Origin: the human T2T-CHM13v2.0 reference genome, Homo sapiens
Reading direction: 5' to 3' (one strand)
NCBI RefSeq assembly: GCF_009914755.1
Contig: NC_060928.1
Length of the DNA: 64,000 nt
Below are positions 54,660-64,000 of the stretch, one piece after another. The notes under the pieces were generated by a model that had not been told where the DNA came from, made no database searches, and saw only the letters and a program-made list of their open reading frames with translations. Both the position numbers and the translations under genes were made by a program. The stretch's first letter is position 1. Every line of letters begins with the position of its first letter.

Positions 54660-57317
54660 TTTCTCAGTCCCTTTCTGCTGCTATAGGATAATATCACAGA
54701 CTGGGTAGTTTATAAGGAAAAAAAAATTTACTTGGATCATGGTTTTGGTGGCTGAGAGGTCCACGATTGAGGGGCTGCATCTTGTGAGGGTCTTCTTGCA
54801 GCATCATCTAATGGCACAAGGCAGAAGGGAAACAGGGCATTCGTGAGAGAACAACAGATTGAACTCACAGCCTCAAGCCCCCTCATAATCAGCATTAGAT
54901 CATTCATGAAGGTGGAGCCCTCATGACTTAAACACTTCCTGTTAGACCCCAGCTCCCACCACTATTGCACTGGGGAATAAGTTTCCAACACATGCTTTCT
55001 GGGGAACACATTCAAACCACGGCGTTCCACCCCTGGTCCCCCAAATTCACATCCTTCTCAAATTGAAAAATATATTCATTTCATCCTATAGTCCCCCAAA
55101 TCTTAACCCATTCTAATATCACCTTAAAAATACAAAGTTTAAAGTTTCATCTAAATCAAATATGAGTGAGACTTAAAGCATGATTTATTCTGAGGCAAAT
55201 TATTTTCCATCTGTGAAATTAACAAGTTATGTGCTTCCAAAATACAATGGTGGGATAGGCATAGGGTAGACATTTCCATTTCAAAGGGGAGAAGCAGGCA
55301 AGAAGAAAAGAATAACAATTCCCATGTGAGTCCAAAACCCAACAACGAAAACAAAATTCTTAAAGCTGTGGAATAATCTCCTTTGATTCCATGTTGCTCA
55401 TCCTGGGAAAACTGGGGTGGGGTTGGCCCTTAAGGCCTCAGGCAGTCCTGTTTCTATTGCTGTCCTGGGCTCAGTCCACTCAGCAGCTCTCACAGATGGG
55501 AGTTTTGTTCCTGCAAGTCTACTTGGCTGGAATTGTACTCTGGGGGCTGTATAGTTCTGGGGTCTTGAAGGCAGCCCTGCCTCCCATGGCTCCACTAAGC
55601 ATTACCCTAGTGGAGACTCTCTGTTGTGGCTCTATTCCTGTAACAAGTCTCTGCCTGGTCTCCCAGGCTGTCTGAGACATCCTTTGAAATCTGGATGAAG
55701 GCCAGAATGGCCCCACAGATATTGCATTCTGCTCATCTGCAGAGTCAGCACCATGTGTTGCTTGTGTGTACGTGGTGACACAAGCTGCAGCTGAGCCCAC
55801 TGGAGCCACGATTAGGGGTCAGTTGAGCCAATGTTCTGGTGGCCAAGGAACACTGCACTGGAATGTAGTGGGCAGAGTACCAAGCTGGCCATGGGCAGTG
55901 AATGCTGAGGCCCCACAGGTGCCTTTCTGGAAACTTTGTCCTCAAGATCTTAGTTTGCCTCTAAGATCTCAGAAATGCCTTTAGGGTCATTCTCCCATTA
56001 TGTTGAATAGCACCTGACTGCCTTCTATTTGTACTAATCTTTTTAGCAGATGGTTGCTTGGACACTCTTGGTTTGCTCTCCTAAATAAGCCTTTTTCATC
56101 TTTACATGGCCAGGCTATGAATTTTCTAAATTTTTCCCTTCTGCTTCCCTTTTATTTATAAATTATATCTTTAAATAATTTTTCTCCATTTGCATCTTAC
56201 TATACATGGTTAAAACTAGACAAACAACTTCTTCCGTATTTTGTTTAGAAGTTTATCCCACCAGATACCCTTTTTAAAAACATTTCATTTATTTAGTTAG
56301 ATATGGGGTCTTGGTTTGTTACTCAGGCTGAAGTGCAGTGGCATGATCATTGATTAGCATCAAATTCCTGGTTTCAAGTGATCCTCCTGCCTCAGCCTCC
56401 TAAGTATCTTGGACTACATGCATGTGCCACCACATGCAACTAATTTTCTTTTCATTTTTTAGAGATGAGGTCTCACTATGTTACCCAGGTTGGTCTCAAT
56501 CTTCTGGGCCCTTGCAATTCTCCCATCTCAGTCTCCTGAGTAGCTGGGATTATAGGCACAAGCTACCTAGACTGGCTCCCACCAGGTATCCTGGTTCACT
56601 GCTCTTAAATTCTGCCTTGCATAAAATCCTAGGGCCTGGACACAATTCCTCCACATTCTTTGCTACTTTATAACAAGGATGGCCTTTACTCCGTTTTGCA
56701 ATAACTTGTTCCTCATTTCTGTCTTAGACCTCATTGGAACTGCCTTTGCCATCCATATTTCCACCAACATTCTGATTATGACCACTTAAGTAATCCCTAA
56801 GAAGATTTAGGCTCTTGTTACAGCTCTTGTTTTCTTCTTAGCCCTTGCTGGAATTGCCCTTAATGTTCCATTTATAGCAATCTGTGCTTTTGTTAGCCTA
56901 CTCCTTCAAATTCTTCCTGCCTCTATCCATTATCTAGTTCCAAAGTCACTTCCACATTTTCAGGTATTTGTTATTGCAAGAACAGAGATTTATTTCTTAT
57001 AGTTCTTCAAGTTGGGATGCTCAAGAGCATGGTGGTGGTATTTGGTGAGGACTTCTGTACTGCATCATCCCACGGCAGAAGGCAGAAGGGCAAGAGCACA
57101 TGAGAGGAAGAGAGCAAGAGGAGTCTCAACTCGTTTTTTTTTTTAACAAGCCCACTCTGGCAATAATGAACCCACTCTCTTTATAATGACATTAATGCCC
57201 ACAAGGTAGAGCTCTCGTGATGTAATCAGCTCTTAAAGGTCCCACCACTCAACACTACTACAATGGGGACTAAGATTCCAACACATAAATTTTGGGGGAC
57301 ACATTCAAATCATAACA
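54660..57317 (-). mobile_element. MST-family (MSTC/D-like) MaLR provirus: LTR 54660-55024, internal region, partly deleted LTR ~56980-57317
   Basis: Both LTRs end gggg(a)acacattcaaa(c/t)ca. MaLR internal sequence lies between them. 5-bp TSD gtact at 54655-54659 and 57318-57322. Confidence 0.85.
56272..56577 (-). mobile_element. Diverged AluJ nested in the MST internal region
   Basis: Reverse Alu dimer. Degenerate TSD cccaccagatacc / cccaccaggtatcc. Confidence 0.85.
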
Positions 57318-57759
57318 GTACTGTATGTGGATGAAAAACCTACACTTGCTCTCTCTATCTTGGCTTTCAGCCTGACAACAAAGCCAGCATGCAGAACAGA
57401 GCTGAGCCAAGAAAATCACAGAGGAACAGAGCCAAGTTTTGATAGTACTGTGAACCTCTGGATCAAATTGTGCCTGGAGCCTGCCCTCCCTCTAGAGTTT
57501 TCATTATACGAGCCAATAATTTTCTGTTCAAAGTTGATTTAGTTTTCTTTTTTATTCTACATTAAGAATTTGAACTGATACAATAGGTAGTCAATAAATC
57601 TCAGCTTCATGACCTCTTCAGCAGTTGACTACTATATTGGAAAGGGTCACATTCCTTGTGGCTTTTTATCTTGTTGTTTGAAAGAACTGTGGTCTAAGAA
57701 AAATTATGTTTAAAGTTTTAACTTCAGAGTTAGCATCAAGCTACACCCTTTGCAGAATA

Positions 57760-58010
57760 AGAGTGGTATATTACAAAGTTTGGCATGAAGTTACTCTCAG
57801 CCTGAGTGGGTTGGAATCCCAATCCTTTTAGACACTTGCTGTGTGACCTACAGTGATTTACTCAACATATCAGAACTTGTTTTCTCATCACATAAAAGAT
57901 CTTGGTATTCTTTTCTCACAGATTTATTGTCAAATAAGAGAATTGCTGCAAAGCACTGAGAGATTTGCCCAGCATGTAATGAACTCTCAGTAATCATTAA
58001 TCATTATTAT
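57760..58010 (+). mobile_element. MIR
   Basis: gggttggaatccc...acttgctgtgtgacct...tttctcatc...aaagcactgag...tgcccagcatgtaatgaactctcagtaa. Confidence 0.65.
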
Positions 58011-58789
58011 GATTTATTTTTCTTTCAGTCTGACTTTGGGGAAAAGTTATGTTAGGAAGCTGCTGAATCTCAATTATGATTTTCAGTATTAAGCAAAGAA
58101 ATCACAGGTATCTTGTGTTATGAGTAAGTCAATGCATTTCCCAATTGATCTGAAGCACTTTTTCTTACTTATGCAATTAAAGGAAGTCTAAAGTATACAA
58201 TAAAAAGTTATTTGTATTTTAAAGGGTATACCATTACTGGGGAATATTTTCTGCCAAATAAAAAATAATGAGTTACTCAGAGAGATGGTTGAATGACTAG
58301 ACTTGAATGGTAATAAAAAGCCAAATGCCAAATTTGCACATAAAAATCATCTTAGAAGTGTACCCTGAGTGATTGATTCCAAGCATTGGTTTATCTGATG
58401 CTTGAGAAGTCAATAATTGAATAGTTTTTAAAGAGCTATGTGGTGGTCCATGGAAGGAAAGTCACTGTTTTTTACTTTATTTTATGAGGACAAAATTTAT
58501 GTGTATACACTGACAAACTTACAAATGCAAAAAAATTAAATTGCTGCATAATTTTATTATTTAGGGATAAGAATGGCTAACATTATAATGTATGGCCTTG
58601 ATTTTCATTACATACACACAAATATTTGCGGTAATGTCTATGTTATACAAGTACATATGTGCATGTGTGTACACATTTATTTGTAAGTAATTTAGTGTTC
58701 TGGCTTCATGTATGCTTAGTAATTCTTAGATGTCATAAGGACACCATAATCTTCATATATTTAGAACTGATATCCTTTTCTAACCCCTT

Positions 58790-59720
58790 TTTCACTCAAA
58801 GCTTCATTATGATGTCTGTTTCAGTGACAGGCAACAACATCTAGCAGTTGGGAAAGCCAGATCCCTATAAAAATGCTTGAAGCCTCCTTTATTCTCCAAC
58901 CTCCTAACCAATTAAACATGAGTCCCATTGTTTCTGCTTCCTAAATATCTCAAATCTGTCCATTCCTCCACATTTCTACACTTGATCTTAGCCAAAAGGT
59001 TAAGAAACAATCGTTCCTCCACATTTCTGTACTATTCCATAGCCAGAGTTCCCATCATCTCTGACTTTGGCTGCTGCAGTAACCTCAAAACTTGCATATT
59101 GGTGTCCACTACCCCTACTCACCTATTCTCCTCAGAGTAATTTGAGTAATATTTTAAAAATTAAAAATAACATCATGTCCCTACTGTGCTTAAAATCTGT
59201 ATCTTACTATTTGGCCTCCATGGGTCTTAAGATAAAACAGTAAACGTTTTACATGACTTATAAGTCTCTAGATTTTTAGATCTCTACCTCCTCACCAACC
59301 ATTGCTACTCTTATCTTTTGCTTTTTTAGTTTCTCAAAGGTGTCATGCTGCTTCTTCTTCAGGACCATTGATTTTTTTGCTTCCTATATCTAGATGACTC
59401 TTGAAACATCACACCCATCATGCCCCACGATTCTAATCAAATGTTATTTCCTCACTGGAGTCTTTTTGGCTTTACGGACCAAGTCAGGTCTTTCGTTGTT
59501 GTTTTTTTTTTTTTTTTTTTTTTCATGAATTTTGCTTATACTTCACAGCATTTACCTCAGTAGAAATTAAAATGTGGGGGTTCTTTGAAACTTTATATAA
59601 TATGTCTCTCATGCTACTATATACTTCACAAGGTCAGGGACTGTATCTTAACTTGTCAGAGCCATATCTCCATTATTTAGCATAGACTTTGCTCGTAAGA
59701 CTGCACATAATCTTTTGTCC
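58790..59720 (+). mobile_element. L2 fragment
   Basis: cctaaatatctcaaatctgtcc...catcatctctgactttggctgctgcagtaacctc...caaggtcagggactgtatct. Confidence 0.65.
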
Positions 59721-59911
59721 TTTTATTGTTTCATAAACTCTGTCTTATCTTTTCTAAAATAATGTTTTTAATTTTGGATTGTTGTTTCACTGTTAAGATA
59801 GAAAACGGTTTATTTAACCAAGCCCCCTGTTATTGGACTTTTAAATTATTTTTGTCTACTTATTATAAATAATATTGCGATGAGTTCAGGAATTCATTGA
59901 ATTAAAGGCAT

Positions 59912-60597
59912 TGTAGCTTAAGTTCTCTACAAGCAGAGCCTGAGTTGGAGATTCTTGGGTAAGCAATTTATTGAGGAATGTGCCCAGAAGAAAAGTGAAC
60001 TGAGTGAGGAAAGCAGAATAGGGCAGAGGTAGAAGCTAAGTGTATTAGTCTGTTCTGACACTGCTATGAAGAAATGGCTGAGACTGGGTCACCTCAGAAA
60101 ACTCAACAATCATGGCCGAAGGCACTTCTTCACAAGGCTGCTGGAGAGAGAAGTGAGCAAGAGAGGAGCTACCAAACACTTATGAAACCATCAGATCTTG
60201 TAAGAACTCACTCACTATCAGAAGAACTGCTTGGGAGCAACCACTCCCGTGATCCAGTCACCTCCCACCAGGTCTCTCCCTTGATACCTAGGGATTAAAT
60301 TGCCCAAGGAGATTTGGGTGGGGACACAAAGCCTAACCTTATCACTAGGCAAATAAATGGTTCCAGAAGAAGTCTTTCCTGAGCCAGATTCCAACGAGGT
60401 ATCTGGAGTGAAAATAGCACCACAGTAGTTATCACTCTTAGAAACTAAGCATCTAGGCTGTTACATCCATTATTCTTTGGCCATGAACTGCCTGCGTGTG
60501 TGCATATGTGTGTGTCTGTGTATAAGTGCACAGGTGTAAACTTACAGTGGCTTGCCTGTACATGGGATCTAGAAGAAGCACCAACAGTATCTGGTAC
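59912..60597 (-). mobile_element. LTR33/LTR16-like ERVL LTR split by a THE1 LTR
   Basis: aagcagagcctgagttggagattcttgggtaagcaatttattgagg ... gggatctagaagaagcaccaacagtatctggtaca. Confidence 0.6.
60041..60344 (-). mobile_element. Solo THE1D-like LTR with an internal deletion
   Basis: tgtattagtctgttct...gatttgggtggggacacaaagcctaaccttatca. TSD ctaag/ctagg. It lacks the atttataaaggaaagagg...ggctggggagg block near 60090. Confidence 0.88.
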
Positions 60598-62009
60598 AAA
60601 AAAGAACTAGGGATGCTGCATGGAAGAGATTTTTCTTAAGTATTAAGCCTTGGGACATGGTAGGATTTTGATATATACTTCAGAGGGAAAATATGTTCTG
60701 AAGAGAAAAAACAAAAGCACAATAAGGAAAGTGCTGAGCATGTTTTAGAGAAATTGAATAGTTTGTTATAAATAAAATAGAGGTAAAGTGAGGTGTGAGT
60801 ATTTGGAGACAAAAATTATAAAGACGGATTGTACCTATACCATAAAATAACTTAAATTTTAAACTTTATAGAATATACATTGTGAACAGAAAAGTTTTTC
60901 AATGAAGAGTATTCACAGATACATTGCATTCGTATAATTTTGGGTTACTTTTAAAGGTCTAAATATTGTCTACTGACACATAGTTTCTTACAGTATTAAT
61001 TGAGAAATTATGATAGTTTAAGTAAGCACAAAATTATATAACATTGTTCCTGGTGTTGAGACTCTTACAATATAGGAACATACACAAAAACATACACACA
61101 TATTTGCATATATATAGTATCTCTCAGTTTTATGTGTATTAAATTCATGATACAAAAAAGAATTGTTCTGAAACATAGCTATCTATCTAAAACATTGTAT
61201 GGTAAAAATTCATAAAACTTACGTCTATGTTCCTAAATGTCATAAAAACAATTGAAAATTCATTTTTAAAGGAAATGACATGCAAAATAGTGTAAAGAAA
61301 AGCATATTTTGTGTACACGTAGAAAATCTTGTGTTCATAAACATTATTTAAAATCTTAAATTATAATCTTGACTCCTAAAACATAAATCTAATATTTAGT
61401 TATTCTCAATTTAATTTTTCTCATTTGTAAAATGCTGTTGGACACTCTTTATTTTACAGGAGGTGTGGCAATTGAAGTTAATGAGTTAATGTTTATAGAT
61501 GCTTTTTGAGGCCTTTAGATGAAAGGTACAATATAAATCCAAAATATTAATCTTTAGGTGTGAAATACTCTAATTACTTCCCATTGCCATAGGGACATTA
61601 TTGGAGATTTATACCTTCCTCTAAAATACCTGGAACAATTGTTATATGAGAAAGCATAATTTTAGGTGAACCATTATAATTCTGTAGTCATTACCATGTA
61701 TCAAAAAATAAAGTATATGTGTTATATATTCAGCACCTTCTTATTTCCCATTATTCATTTATTGATATACAAACATTAAGATGACTCGGAAAGCTGATCC
61801 ATTATGCTGTTCTATCTATGTTGCTGCTAGAATCTTTTTTATATACAGAAATAAGGGGAAAATATTTTTAAAAAGAGGTTGAGAGAGCAGCTACTGTACT
61901 CCATATATTGGTTTTAACACTAGACCAATTCAATATTCATTAACTATCCTATGATAGCAAAGGAAGAAAATTCGTCATTGTAGTAGTATTCTTATATTTA
62001 AGTAATGAA

Positions 62010-62240
62010 AGTGGTACCATTTATCGACTATATATATTTACCAGGCATGGTGCTTATCATATTTCATACATTATTATGATCCTCATAGTAACCCTATAAA
62101 TGGAGATGGAACTGTGGAATTTAAACATGAGCAAAGGAGACAAACAACAGGTAATTAATTAGCTCAAGGTCACAGAAGATTTAAACCCAGGCAATGTAGA
62201 ATCCTGAGTTTTTTCTTTAACCCCTGAAGTATACTAATTT
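62010..62240 (-). mobile_element. MIR
   Basis: accatttatcgact...ccaggcatggtgct...tgatcctcatagtaaccctat...ctcaaggtcacag..gatttaaacccaggca. Confidence 0.7.
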
Positions 62241-62739
62241 CCCCAAATGCTACCACTTTATTATTCTGTTTATTTCACTGTTATGGATCCTACTGAATCT
62301 AGACTGCACAAGATAATTTTAATAACGAAATAAAACTCGAAGAAGTTCTCACCAGAAGCAGAGGTTTCCCTTGCCAAGTTATTCTACATGAGCTGCTTAT
62401 CTGGTTTCTTGCCAAACCAATATGCATAAACACTGAAATTGCAGAAAGAAGAATGCAAATCACAAAGCTCGTTTTTATTAGGCTCATGTTGAAAACACAT
62501 AACTGAGCTTAGCACGTGTAAACTGAGTTTAAGAATGGTTGTGGCATTTTCTTGAAAACTGGGAAAAAATATTGTATATTTATACTCCACAAAGTAAACC
62601 AAAAATATCCCTTTGAAGTATTTAAATGAACAATAAAAAATAATGTATTATTTAAGATAATTATAAAATAAAGCTATTACTTGTGAAAATTTGGAGAAAT
62701 TATGATTCTAGTTTAAAAGTGGTATCTCCTTTCTCCTTT

Positions 62740-63410
62740 CTTTCTATTTCGCTCTCCCACCTCACCCCCATCATCTCCCATATACTTGTACAATCACAAT
62801 CACCGTTCATGTAAATCAAATTTCTGAAACCAAAAACGAGGTCTTATTCCTGCTCAGTCCAATCTATTTGCCACATTTTCCCGCATGAGTGTCCCAAAGT
62901 AAATTTGTATGATGTTATTTACAGCATCTCAGAGACTCCATCAACATTCAATTCTGATCTTGGTGCACAAAGCCCTTCTTGATTTGGCACTTGCTTAATT
63001 TCCAGTTCACTCCTGCCACTCTCAGATGTGCTTCCTGATCTTTGACTTTCCCTGTAGAAATGCTACCTGCTTGTTCATGGCTTGGTGCCTTTCACCATGT
63101 TGTTCTCTCTAACTGGAATTCTACATGATGAACACCTACTCATTGCTCAAAATTCAATGTAAATAAATAGTTCTCTGAGAAGTGTTTCTGACCTTCTCCA
63201 AACAGAAGGATGATCACCCCTGTCTAGACGCTTGCATAGCACTCTGCATTTACTATATTGAATTATAATTTTTATTCAGCATATTGCATTGCAATTACTT
63301 ATTCACTACCATATTTATTATCAGCCTATTAAAACCTGTGCCTGTGGCTTATTGGTCTTGTTTACCATGACTGGTACAGTGCAGAGTAATGTCTAGACAG
63401 TTAAAATGGG
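62740..63410 (+). mobile_element. L2 fragment
   Basis: tgcctttcaccatgttgttctctctaactggaa...cctactcatt...tctctgagaagtgtttctgacc. Confidence 0.55.
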
Positions 63411-64000
63411 AACTTCTCTGTCTCTGAGTTTTTTTCTGAGACCACAAAGCAGACAACAGTATGGGTCAAGTATTTTTACATTTTAGACTGTCTATATGAG
63501 CTTGTAAAGGGGGTTCTTAAACCATTCCTGCAGTTTTGTGATAAGCAAATATTATAAATAAGTTAAGTTCTAATACAATATCACCTCAGTATTATATACA
63601 AAAGGGCAGTATCTAGTATATAAAATATAAAATGTGTATACTATACAGTATATGGTATACAGTAGATAGTATATATAAAAGCGCAGTAAGCTGCTGCCCT
63701 TTTTTATTTAATATATGTGGCTTATACATTTGATGGTGTTAATTTTTCAAATCAGGTTAGAAAATCTTATCAGTCTGCTAGCACACTTCAGTTTTGCACC
63801 TTTATTACTTCTGTCACTGCCATGTTATGTTACTATTGAAAATAAGCCCTGTATGGTCCAATGTGTCCTACCTAATGTGGATCACTTGCTAGTTTAGATT
63901 CCTACAGCAAGAGATGGCAGTTCTCCACTGACTTTCTAAGGCTTCAGAGATTTTTTTCAGTTTATATTCATATGCTCAGCTATTTCACTGAAAAATGATG

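Larger units (their letters stand above)
54380..57581 (+). mobile_element. Old MLT1 (J/K-like) LTR split by an MST provirus (host pieces ~54380-54654 and 57323-57581)
   Basis: catgtgacccagcc...cacatgtcctaaactggc on the left; ctggatcaaattgtgcctggagc...gagccaataatt...aactgataca on the right. Confidence 0.6.

Overview
This is AT-rich, repeat-rich primate (human-like) genomic DNA, not microbial. The only protein-coding feature I can support is the first coding exon of GRID2 (glutamate receptor delta-2) on the + strand at 27204-27291. It encodes the signal peptide and the first mature residues, ends at a phase-1 GT donor, and sits in a CpG island (~26280-28720). The remaining ~36.7 kb to the right is GRID2 intron 1; I found no exon-2-like sequence. 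The ~26 kb to the left is upstream sequence. It starts with the U3 end of a HERV-H LTR7 pointing away from GRID2, then carries Alus, old and young L1s, a full-length THE1 provirus and solo THE1 LTRs. All other ORFs in the track are explained by Alu/L1/MaLR repeats, CpG-island stop-codon depletion or chance. I found no clearly new biological system. The items most worth checking are: (1) the LTR7 lying head-to-head with the GRID2 promoter, with a strong CTCF/YY1-type motif between them; (2) an AluY whose target-site duplication encloses non-Alu 'cargo' and a second poly(A), and which has an internal G-rich replacement; (3) two short uORFs upstream of the GRID2 ATG; (4) a promoter-like motif cluster in intron 1; (5) a TGAC-rich minisatellite. 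Repeat subfamily names come from recalled consensus sequences, not a database search. Boundaries of old repeats are approximate.
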